A stretch of 44,471 nt of DNA from a virus (taxonomy: Duplodnaviria; Caudoviricetes), in the IMG/VR virus record IMGVR_UViG_3300020043_004045, positions 1 to 44,471 of that record. One strand, 5' to 3'. This document shows, piece by piece, positions 7,626 to 16,059 of this stretch. Under the pieces are notes generated by a model. It saw only the letters and a program-made list of their open reading frames with translations. It was not told the origin of the DNA and did not search any database. Positions within the stretch are counted from its first letter, which is position 1. Each line of letters begins with the position of its first letter. A program made the translations under genes and the position numbers.

Positions 7626-8494
7626 GTACCGATAACGAAAGTTCAATCATTTTAACGGCAGCCGAGCAAGAAGGCTTGGACTTGCCCGATGATTTTGGTG
7701 ATGAAATCATTACGTCAGATAACGAAGGTCACGATGACTTTGCTATGGATGATGACGAAGAAATTGAAGTCACTATTGATGATGAAGATGAAGCACCACA
7801 AGCACCTGAGCCTACGCCTGAGCCTACACCTGAGCCAGTTTTAGAGAATACAGGCGTTGATTATGCCGATGTATTACTCGCAGCAACAACCAAGCAAGCC
7901 GAATTAGAAGCGCAGTTGAAAGACTTGGCCGAAAGGTTTGATGATGGTGAGCTAGAAGATGCTGAATACAACATCGAAGTACGCAAGATAGAACGTGCTA
8001 TTGCCCGTGTTGAGGCTAAGATGGAATTAGCCGAAGAACAAATTGAAGCGCAGAACGCAGCCGCAGAAGCAAACCAAGCAAAGCTCATGGCGCAATGGGA
8101 AAAGGCTCAGGTAGATTTCTTTGCAAAGCCTGAAAACAAAGCCATTGCCGAAGATGACGCGATGTTCAACTCGCTCGATGTTCACGTTAAAAAGATTCTA
8201 GCCGCAGGTAATACGCCGATTGCTGATGTTTTGGATTTAGCAAAGCATAACTTACTTGCAGGCATTGCCAAAATTACAGGGCAAAAAGTACCTGATGCGC
8301 CTAAACCTAGCACTAAGCCAAAAGCACCGCAGGTTGAGTTGCCGCCTACGCTTGGCAATATTCCTTCTGCTATTCCTAATGCCGATGGTGATGAGTTTGG
8401 TTATATCGACAAGCTATCAGGGCGTAAGTATGAAGATGCAGTGGCTAAACTCACTCCTGAACAACATGATCGCTACTTGTTAGGAACAAAATAA
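7622..8494 (+). CDS. Capsid scaffolding protein
   Basis: Very acidic, coiled-coil, between portal and capsid; C-terminal LPPTLGNIP...LTPEQHDRYL. Confidence 0.75.
   Translation: MSTDNESSIILTAAEQEGLDLPDDFGDEIITSDNEGHDDFAMDDDEEIEVTIDDEDEAPQAPEPTPEPTPEPVLENTGVDYADVLLAATTKQAELEAQLKDLAERFDDGELEDAEYNIEVRKIERAIARVEAKMELAEEQIEAQNAAAEANQAKLMAQWEKAQVDFFAKPENKAIAEDDAMFNSLDVHVKKILAAGNTPIADVLDLAKHNLLAGIAKITGQKVPDAPKPSTKPKAPQVELPPTLGNIPSAIPNADGDEFGYIDKLSGRKYEDAVAKLTPEQHDRYLLGTK
7805..7837 (+). repeat. 12-bp tandem repeat encoding PEPT
   Basis: cctgagcctacg cctgagcctaca cctgagcca. Confidence 0.9.
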
Positions 8495-8730
8495 TGGCTA
8501 AAACTTGTTCAACGCTATATTTAAGCGCACGAATAGGCGATAGAATACAAATAGGTGATAGTATCATCGAAATATCTGAAAAATCTGGCCGCCGTGTGCG
8601 GTTGGGGGTTATGTCATCACATAAGGTGACAGTATTTACTAATCCCTCGGCGCAAGAGTGCCTGAATGAAACCTCTATAGGTGGAAATCATGGCACAGAC
8701 CATTATCACAACCAGCGCAGCCCAAACTAA
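8494..8730 (+). CDS. CsrA/RsmA-like RNA-binding protein
   Basis: LYLSARIGDRIQIGDSIIEISEKSGRRVRLGVMSSHKVTVF aligns by eye with the CsrA pattern [41 protein letters not shown]; TAATG coupling to the scaffold gene. Confidence 0.65.
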   Translation: MAKTCSTLYLSARIGDRIQIGDSIIEISEKSGRRVRLGVMSSHKVTVFTNPSAQECLNETSIGGNHGTDHYHNQRSPN

Positions 8731-9808
8731 GAAAAAGTGGGCAGGCGCGTTATTCAATTCATCCGTTCCTGAATCCTATTGGGGTTCGCATTTTATGAAA
8801 GAAGGCAGCGCAGAAAGTGCGCCTAATGCCCCAATTCATTTAATCACCGACCTTGAAAAAGACTCAGGCGACGAAGTTAACTTTGACATCTACGCTCAAT
8901 TGACTGGCTCGCCCACTTACGGTGACGACAATCTTGAAGGCAATGAAGAATCGTTAACGCCGTACAGCGATAAAATCCTCATCAACCAGGTGCGTAAAGC
9001 GACTGATAGCGGTGGTGAAATGACTCGCAAACGTACAACCAACAATCACCGCATGATTTGCCGCAATAAACTGACTGATTGGTGGTCGCGTTTCTTTGAT
9101 GAAGCCGTGTTCATGAATATCAGTGGTGCGCGTGGCTCTAATGCTGACTACATTTTGCCGACTGCTTCAACAGCAGCGATTGAAGGCCAATCATTAGTTG
9201 CGCGTAGCTCTGGCAACATCATCTACTCAGGTTCAGCAACGTCTAAGGCTTCTTTAGTGGCAGGCGACAAGTTCAGTCTGACCTCTATCGACAAAGCTGT
9301 GACCAAGGCTGAAACCGAAGGTGGTGGTTCTGACGGTGTAATTCGTGTCACTCCCTTGCGAATGGATGGCGTGGACAAGTTTGTGTGCTTGATGCACAAC
9401 TTCCAAGAGCATGATTTGCGTACCACTACGTCAACAGGTCAATGGCTTGATATTCAAAAAGCAGTTGCAACAAACAACGGCACTAAAAACCCAATTTTCA
9501 CAGGTGCGCTCGGTGAATATCGCGGTGTTGTCTTGCATAAGCACAATAAAGTGACTCGTTTCAGTGACTACGGTGCAGGTTCTAACGTGGCTGCTGCGCG
9601 AGCAATCTTCATGGGCCGTCAAGCAATGGTTGCCGCATTTGGTAGCCCTGCTAATGGCTTGCGTTTTGATTGGGCGGAAGAATGGAAGGACTACAAGAAC
9701 CGCTTAGGCATTGCGACTAAGTGTATCGTTGGCTTAAAACGCCCACAGTTCAACAGTGCCGATGTTAATTCCATCGTTATTGATTCTGCTGCTGCACAAC
9801 CGTACTAA
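8690..9808 (+). CDS. Major capsid protein (N4-gp56/DUF4043-like)
   Basis: ATG at 8690 after AGGTGG; DLEKDSGDEVNF, LEGNEESL, NPIFTGALGEYRGVVLH motifs; position after scaffold. Confidence 0.9.
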   Translation: MAQTIITTSAAQTKKKWAGALFNSSVPESYWGSHFMKEGSAESAPNAPIHLITDLEKDSGDEVNFDIYAQLTGSPTYGDDNLEGNEESLTPYSDKILINQVRKATDSGGEMTRKRTTNNHRMICRNKLTDWWSRFFDEAVFMNISGARGSNADYILPTASTAAIEGQSLVARSSGNIIYSGSATSKASLVAGDKFSLTSIDKAVTKAETEGGGSDGVIRVTPLRMDGVDKFVCLMHNFQEHDLRTTTSTGQWLDIQKAVATNNGTKNPIFTGALGEYRGVVLHKHNKVTRFSDYGAGSNVAAARAIFMGRQAMVAAFGSPANGLRFDWAEEWKDYKNRLGIATKCIVGLKRPQFNSADVNSIVIDSAAAQPY

Positions 9809-9851
9809 TCGTGCGGTTTAACCTTATTCTTAGTTTTTTGGAGACTTAATC

Positions 9852-10304
9852 ATGACGACTTATACGTCAGCTCAATACGTTGATACCGCGCCTACTTCTA
9901 CGGAAGCTGGCGAACAGATGGTGTTTTGTGCGTCTTACACCTTTGCGGCTGATACTACACTGGCAATCAATGACATCATCAAGTTAGCTAAATTACCTGC
10001 TAACCATGTTTTAACCGACTTGCGTTTAGAAACAGACGCATTGGGTACAAATTGTGCGGGTAGTGTTGGCTTCTTAAATGCTGGTGCAACAGATATGTCC
10101 CAGGCTGTTATTGCTATTGGTTCGTTGGCTACTGCTGCTATTAAGAACGAAGATACTACGGCTGGCTTGCGTGTTGCTCCTGCAACCAGTGGATACACGC
10201 CTATTGGTATCAAAATCACCACAGCCAATACGGTTGATGCTGCATTAGGTGCGAAAATCACTATCACAATGAAGTATCGTCCAAAACAAAACATTGAGGT
10301 GTAA
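9852..10304 (+). CDS. Putative capsid decoration/cement protein
   Basis: 150 aa, A/T-rich beta protein directly after the capsid gene; RBS GGAG. Confidence 0.6.
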   Translation: MTTYTSAQYVDTAPTSTEAGEQMVFCASYTFAADTTLAINDIIKLAKLPANHVLTDLRLETDALGTNCAGSVGFLNAGATDMSQAVIAIGSLATAAIKNEDTTAGLRVAPATSGYTPIGIKITTANTVDAALGAKITITMKYRPKQNIEV

Positions 10305-10307
10305 ATC

Positions 10308-10832
10308 ATGTTGATTGAGTGCTTGTTAAAGCGTGTTGGTGGTAGTGATATTTCATTTGGCCAAAACGTGCTAAGACAGGTGGTTTATAAATTTCGCCCA
10401 GTAGATGAGAAGGACAACACGTCCCCTCATCTATGCGACATTGATAATAAAGACCACATTAACCGTTTGCTGTCTATCCGTCCCAAAGCATACGTTGAGT
10501 ATGTTGAAGGTCAGGGCGCACAGTTTGAAGATGAAGATTTTGAACAAGCAGAGCCTACGGGTGATGTTGATGATTTTTCTGATTCGATGTTGGCTACCGT
10601 CAATCCTGATACCGTCTCTAATCGTTATGTTGAAGGGTTTGCGCGTCAAGTATTGAACGTAAACCCTAAAGACAAGAAGGCCATTGCTGCCATCTATAAG
10701 CAAAACACAGGCAAAGACTTAAAAGCCACTATGTCAGCAACGGCAATGGTGCGTGAGTGTTTGCGGTGTTTGGTGAATGATGCCAAAGATGCGCTTGATA
10801 TTGCCAAAGCCAACGCAAAAGCGGGTGAATAA
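10308..10832 (+). CDS. Hypothetical head-region protein
   Basis: RBS GAGG; in operon between capsid and adaptor genes. Confidence 0.7.
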   Translation: MLIECLLKRVGGSDISFGQNVLRQVVYKFRPVDEKDNTSPHLCDIDNKDHINRLLSIRPKAYVEYVEGQGAQFEDEDFEQAEPTGDVDDFSDSMLATVNPDTVSNRYVEGFARQVLNVNPKDKKAIAAIYKQNTGKDLKATMSATAMVRECLRCLVNDAKDALDIAKANAKAGE

Positions 10833-10834
10833 TC

Positions 10835-11488
10835 ATGCTATGTAGTGCAATCTTAAATACTGTTAGAACGATAACGAACGACCCCAACGATGTGGTGTAT
10901 TCGTTATCGCAAAAAGAACAAGCTCTTAATGAAGCTATTAGAGCGGTTTCACTACATAGACCTGATTCCGCAGCAACCACTACTAACGTCGCATTGGTTT
11001 CAGGCACAAAACAATCTCTGCCAAGTGACTGCGTTAGACTTATTCGTGTTATTAGAAATAAAAGCGGCCCTGGTGGGACTACTACGGGTAAATCAGTTCG
11101 GCTCATGGACTTAAACCGAATTAGTGACAGGGTTGTTGATTGGCATAACGTCACGGGTGATGATGTTTTAGAGTATGGGTATGAACAAAGCAATCAAAGT
11201 GTGTTTTGGGTGTATCCGCACATAGGTTCAGCAACAAATAAGTTCGTTGAGGTTATCTATCAGCGTTCTATTCCCGATGTTGTATCAGCCGATACATTCC
11301 CAATTAATGATTTATATTCTGTTGCCGTTAAAGAATGGATGCTCTACTCATTATGGAGTAGCGACAACGAGCAAAGCCCGAATTATCAAGCGGCACTAAA
11401 AAAACAAGAGATATTTTTTAATCTACTCGGCATAAAAGGCGAGACAGATAAAAATTCGCCAAGCGACCAAAAATCAAGAATGACGTAA
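10835..11488 (+). CDS. Head-tail adaptor (DUF6682-like), paralog 1
   Basis: ALNEA..AV...RPDS, LVSGTKQSLPSDCVRLIRVIRN, FWVYP motifs. Confidence 0.7.
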   Translation: MLCSAILNTVRTITNDPNDVVYSLSQKEQALNEAIRAVSLHRPDSAATTTNVALVSGTKQSLPSDCVRLIRVIRNKSGPGGTTTGKSVRLMDLNRISDRVVDWHNVTGDDVLEYGYEQSNQSVFWVYPHIGSATNKFVEVIYQRSIPDVVSADTFPINDLYSVAVKEWMLYSLWSSDNEQSPNYQAALKKQEIFFNLLGIKGETDKNSPSDQKSRMT

Positions 11489-11496
11489 GGTGATTT

Positions 11497-12147
11497 ATGC
11501 TGTGTTCCGTTATTTTGCAGAATGTTAATTTTGCTCTTGATGACCCCAATAACACTAAGTTCTCTTTGACGCAAAAAATATTAGCAATAAATAGTGCGTT
11601 ACAGGCATTGGTTAGTTATCGACCCGATGCAGCGTCATTTACAACAATGATGCTGTTGGTGGCTGGCACACGTCAAACCTTGCCCAGTGACGGCGTAAGG
11701 TTGTTAAAGGTTATTCGCAATCGCGGACAAAATGGTTTAAGTGATGCAGGTCGAGCGATTCGCAAGGCTGATATGCTTGTTCAAGATGCGCTTATTCCTG
11801 ACTGGCATGAGACAGTAGGGCAAACAGTGATTGATGAGTATTTTTACGATTCAATTACGCCTAAAGATTTTTATGTTTATCCTCCTGCGCCTGTATCGCC
11901 TGTTATTGGGGTTGATATTAGCTATGTTCGTGTACTACCAACAATCACCGCAGACACAGATGCGTTTCCTGTTGATGATTATTTTGCCTCTGCTATTCAA
12001 GAGTGGATGCTTTACTTGTTGTGGGGCGGTGATGATAAGCAAAATCAAAATTATGCAGATGCTCGCTCTCATTTAAGTACGTTTTTTCAACTGCTGCAAA
12101 TTAAAGCAGCGTCCGATGGTGCGGTTAATCCAAAATCAAAAGGCTAA
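11497..12147 (+). CDS. Head-tail adaptor (DUF6682-like), paralog 2
   Basis: Co-linear similarity to the upstream gene: MLCS.IL, RPDA, LVAGTRQTLPSDGVRLLKVIRN, DWH, FYVYP, EWMLYLLW. Confidence 0.7.
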   Translation: MLCSVILQNVNFALDDPNNTKFSLTQKILAINSALQALVSYRPDAASFTTMMLLVAGTRQTLPSDGVRLLKVIRNRGQNGLSDAGRAIRKADMLVQDALIPDWHETVGQTVIDEYFYDSITPKDFYVYPPAPVSPVIGVDISYVRVLPTITADTDAFPVDDYFASAIQEWMLYLLWGGDDKQNQNYADARSHLSTFFQLLQIKAASDGAVNPKSKG

Positions 12148-12150
12148 GTC

Positions 12151-12786
12151 ATGGCTATTGTTCCTTACTCGCAATGGTTGCCGTATGTTCAAGTAAACGT
12201 ACCTGATTGTCCAAAAGCCCTTATCATTGAAGCCACAAGACAGAAGGTAATTGAATTTTGTCAAAAGTCTTTATTCTTGCGCCAAGATTTAGACGGGTTT
12301 TACACGGTAGCTAACGATAACGAATACGACATACCAACACCAGTCGATACCACAATCGCGCAATTACTCATGTTGAAAGTAAATAAGCGTGAGTTACAGC
12401 CAAAAACACAAGATGACCTAGAAGAAATCTACCAAGAATGGCGTGATCAATCAGGCGAACCGAAATACTTCTTTCTTAAAAATACCAATACCGCAATCTT
12501 AGTGCCAAAGCCTATTGGCGTTTATCCCGTCCGAATCCTTGTTGCACTAAAGCCAACACAGGCCGCTCAAGGCGTTGATGAATCTATCTTTGAAGAATAC
12601 AAAGACGCAATCAAGCATGGTGCATTAGCGTATTTAATGCTCATGGCAGAGAAAACATGGTCCAACCCTAATATGTCTGCGTTTTATCAAAGCCAATTTG
12701 ATGCGGCGATTCAAGAGTCGAAAATGCGTGCCGAACAAGGATACGCGCACCGTAAAACATTCCGAACAAAAGCACATTATTTTTAA
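12151..12786 (+). CDS. Putative adaptor/tail tubular protein
   Basis: LPYVQVNVPDCP...IEFC, LKPT, IKHGALAYLM...WSNP pattern of podovirus adaptor proteins; position. Confidence 0.6.
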   Translation: MAIVPYSQWLPYVQVNVPDCPKALIIEATRQKVIEFCQKSLFLRQDLDGFYTVANDNEYDIPTPVDTTIAQLLMLKVNKRELQPKTQDDLEEIYQEWRDQSGEPKYFFLKNTNTAILVPKPIGVYPVRILVALKPTQAAQGVDESIFEEYKDAIKHGALAYLMLMAEKTWSNPNMSAFYQSQFDAAIQESKMRAEQGYAHRKTFRTKAHYF

Positions 12787-12796
12787 GTGAGTTGAT

Positions 12797-14785
12797 ATGG
12801 CTACTTACGCATTGACGGTATCTACTAACGACTTGGGATTAGGCGTTTTAAATTCTGCACGGACTCGCATTGAGAAGCGCAGAGTATCTATTGCTGACAC
12901 CTATCCGCCTATCAACAATTTAGTAAAAATAGAAAAGCCAACAAATAATCTTGGCATTGCGATATTTTTATTAGAGCCTGACGACTTAACGACATACCAT
13001 GTTGCAAAGATTTTCGACACTGCTGGCATCTTAATTTACGAACGATTCTTTTCAATGCCGCCATCGGCAACCTCATTAGATAACACTGCCACTGGGGTGT
13101 TGTTTGGTAACAGCAATATCCAATTCAAAGATGAGGGCAATAATCGTGGTACGCCATCAAGTGTGCGAAATGTGGATTTTGTGGGTGCTGGAGTAGAGGC
13201 TACTTTTGAGGGTGATACATTACAAGTTTTTGTACAAGCAGGTTCTCAAGGATTTGTGGCGATTACGGATATTACACCAACAAGCCCAGGTGACAATGTA
13301 GGGTCTAAAATAAAAACAGATGACAATAACGTACTGCAATCTTGTACTAGCTCAACAACTGCTATTACCGTGTCGGTTTTAGCGGTTACAGGATCAACAT
13401 TTAAGCCTGTTGTTGATATAAACGGAACTGCTGCAACTTTAACACGCAATACTTTGACAGATGTTTGGCAAGGGACAGCCGCAATAACACTAACAGGTGC
13501 AAGCCCATATACGGTGACAGCCACACATAGTGATGGCGCAACAGATACAGCTACAGTAACGATTGAAGCCGCACCAGTCGTTTCGTCTGTGTTGTTTAGT
13601 AATGCTTATTCACAAGGTGCAGGTCAAACAGAACACGCAGCAGGTCAAACATTAACGCTGACAGTGACAAGTGCAACGCCATTTGTCGAGTTAGAAGTGA
13701 TTGGTGATAGCACGACTGCAACTACAGCCTCTGATACAACATTTGCATCAACAACAAGTAAAGCATTAAGCGTCACAGTAGCAAACCAAGGAAACATTGC
13801 TGCATCCTATCCCGCTAAAGTCCGTATTCGTAATCTTAATGGTACTTGGAGTAATGTATTTTCTAGTAGTGACTTTGGTGGTACTAATGGTACACACATA
13901 CTCGCACTAAATAATACTAGACCTAGTGTTACAGCAGGTGTTATTACATATCCAGCATCTCAATTTGCACTGAAGGGTACAGAACAGGCTACTGTTGCAG
14001 CTACTTATACGAATGTGGATTCTGTACTGTGGACTTCTGCTTCTCAATTGACTGTAAATGACCCAACAGTAATGGGTAATGTCGTAGTCAATAGATTAGC
14101 TGGTGGTTATAACATTGGTACTACTAACCTAACTGCTACTGCACAGCGAGTAGCTAATGCTACAACTTCAACTACTAATGTCGTGGTATGGATTGCTGAT
14201 GATAATCCTGTTATTACTAAGACTCTTCCTGCTGCTAGATTACGTTCAGGTGTAGACGCTCAGAACCATGTTATTACTCTTGGTTCAGATCAGAGATTAA
14301 TCTCTATAGCTATGGGTGCTGGTACTATTACTGGTGATGCTGCAGGTACGTTCTCTGGTTCATGGGCAACAGCTAATAATGGATTAACGAATACTCGTAC
14401 TTTAGTTGTTGCTGATAATGATCCAAAAGGTACAGCTACCTTTACTGGCTTAAGTGCTATTAACTTGGCAGGTAAAGAAGTTACCACTGTTACCACTGAC
14501 TTAGATTATGAATTGGGTGGGTTTGTTACTCGTACTGTTACATTCCCATTGTGGGATGGTAGTGCTATTCGTATTACTGATATTGGTACAGATGTGGTAG
14601 ATACAGCTAAACTTGTTGTGTTTAACATCTCTAAAAATAGTGCTTCAACTTATCGCGGTACTGTTGGCAATGAGGTTGATAAGTTTACTATCACAAACAG
14701 TAATGAATTGTATAACTGTGACTTACCTAATGCTTCTTCTGCTTTAGAGTCTCCTGTTACGATGACTATAGAGGAAACTGTATAA
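12797..14785 (+). CDS. Thr-rich beta-sandwich virion protein (fibre/appendage-like)
   Basis: 662 aa, T/A/V/S-rich Ig-like strands, in the tail region. Confidence 0.6.
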   Translation: MATYALTVSTNDLGLGVLNSARTRIEKRRVSIADTYPPINNLVKIEKPTNNLGIAIFLLEPDDLTTYHVAKIFDTAGILIYERFFSMPPSATSLDNTATGVLFGNSNIQFKDEGNNRGTPSSVRNVDFVGAGVEATFEGDTLQVFVQAGSQGFVAITDITPTSPGDNVGSKIKTDDNNVLQSCTSSTTAITVSVLAVTGSTFKPVVDINGTAATLTRNTLTDVWQGTAAITLTGASPYTVTATHSDGATDTATVTIEAAPVVSSVLFSNAYSQGAGQTEHAAGQTLTLTVTSATPFVELEVIGDSTTATTASDTTFASTTSKALSVTVANQGNIAASYPAKVRIRNLNGTWSNVFSSSDFGGTNGTHILALNNTRPSVTAGVITYPASQFALKGTEQATVAATYTNVDSVLWTSASQLTVNDPTVMGNVVVNRLAGGYNIGTTNLTATAQRVANATTSTTNVVVWIADDNPVITKTLPAARLRSGVDAQNHVITLGSDQRLISIAMGAGTITGDAAGTFSGSWATANNGLTNTRTLVVADNDPKGTATFTGLSAINLAGKEVTTVTTDLDYELGGFVTRTVTFPLWDGSAIRITDIGTDVVDTAKLVVFNISKNSASTYRGTVGNEVDKFTITNSNELYNCDLPNASSALESPVTMTIEETV

Positions 14786-15255
14786 TGACAACACCTTTTG
14801 AGAACTTTGTTAACATAGCTTTAGGTAAGTCATTATCAGCAGATGTTACATTACCAACTGCTAACGATATTCCTGTATTCACTGGTATTGGTAGACAGGT
14901 TACTGGTAAGACCATTGTAGAGTTAGGTATTGCTACAACTACTGATAGCCGTTATCAGTTTGTCAGTAATTCAGGGACAACGTACACAGTTCCTGCTAGT
15001 GCGGTTACAGCGAACGGGAATACCATCATTGAGCTATCTAATAACTCACTAACTAGCATTACGATTAACGCGGCTACAGCGACAGGCAAGACCGCAGGCG
15101 ATAGCGTGACTATTCTCATTACAGGAACTTATGGCGCACAGACACTCGTTGCTAGTGGTGTGACAATCAATGGTACACTTGCTTTTAGTGCCTATGCTAA
15201 AATCAAAACACTAATCTATCGCGGTAGTAATACATGGACGGTATTAGGGGGTTAA
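14785..15255 (+). CDS. Putative tail fibre-associated protein
   Basis: TAATG coupling; C-terminal KTLIYRGSNTWTVLGG resembles short fibre head domains. Confidence 0.55.
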   Translation: MTTPFENFVNIALGKSLSADVTLPTANDIPVFTGIGRQVTGKTIVELGIATTTDSRYQFVSNSGTTYTVPASAVTANGNTIIELSNNSLTSITINAATATGKTAGDSVTILITGTYGAQTLVASGVTINGTLAFSAYAKIKTLIYRGSNTWTVLGG

Positions 15256-15256
15256 T

Positions 15257-15949
15257 ATGTTTCCATTGGCTTTGTTGAATAGTGGTAGTTTGACAATTGT
15301 GCTTTTGCATTTTGATACTGACTACACAGACAGTAGCCAAACAGCAGCGGTGTGGAGTAACAACTGGGATTCTGGGCAATCTATATCTGCAACAAGCAAG
15401 TTTGGCGCAGGGAGTTTAGCAACACTCGGTACTGGTGGTATTTATACACAAAACGCTACAGTTTGTACGCCGTTGGGGAGCGACAACTGGACAATAGAGG
15501 GCTGGTTTAATAAGACAGCAATCGGTAATGACATTAACGGGCTGTTTATGTTCAGGGGTAATTCTGATAGTGCCTACAAACAACCTATTACGCTATACAT
15601 AGAAAATGGGATTTTATATGCTGCGGTTAGGTTTGATGCTTCTACGCGGACTACAATATCTCACCAAACGACAATAGTGGCAGGTGAGTTTACACATTAT
15701 GCGTTAGTTAGAAATGGCGCAACAATTACGCTATACTTGAATGGCGTGGCGGGTACAACAAAAATAGAATCTGGTGCATTGTCATTATATCCGTCAAATA
15801 TTCTTAATTGCTTTATCAGCGTAGCTGCAAAAGTTGAATATGGCGATGTCACATATTTGGACGGACTTCATGATGAATTTAGATACAGAAGAAGAGAAGC
15901 CGTTTATACAACCAACTTCACCCCCCCAACAGCACCGTGGACTTATTAA
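15257..15949 (+). CDS. LamG/concanavalin-A-like jelly-roll protein (candidate receptor binding)
   Basis: LLHFD, SKFGAGSL, NWTIEGW, THYALVRNG...LYLNG, LDGLHDEFR, AVYTTNFTPPTAP are typical LamG-like motifs. Confidence 0.8.
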   Translation: MFPLALLNSGSLTIVLLHFDTDYTDSSQTAAVWSNNWDSGQSISATSKFGAGSLATLGTGGIYTQNATVCTPLGSDNWTIEGWFNKTAIGNDINGLFMFRGNSDSAYKQPITLYIENGILYAAVRFDASTRTTISHQTTIVAGEFTHYALVRNGATITLYLNGVAGTTKIESGALSLYPSNILNCFISVAAKVEYGDVTYLDGLHDEFRYRRREAVYTTNFTPPTAPWTY

Positions 15950-15958
15950 GAGGTAACA

Positions 15959-16018
15959 ATGGCTAAATATACAAAACCAGACTACTCAGAACAATGGGCT
16001 ATTCCTATACTCTGTTAG
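15959..16018 (+). pseudogene. Probable remnant of a tail-fibre gene N-terminus (MAKYTKPDYSEQWAIPILC*)
   Basis: Strong RBS AAGAGGT and ATG, but stops after 19 codons; the K-P-D...WA start resembles fibre N-termini. Confidence 0.4.
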
Positions 16019-16059
16019 AGCAAAGTGGGCAGTTTCCTAATGCAACTTGGAATATTTAA

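Noticed and set aside
15921-15927. C7 run as a phase-variation tract
   Set aside because: Short, encodes Thr-Pro-Pro of a conserved terminal motif, and lies at the very end of the gene
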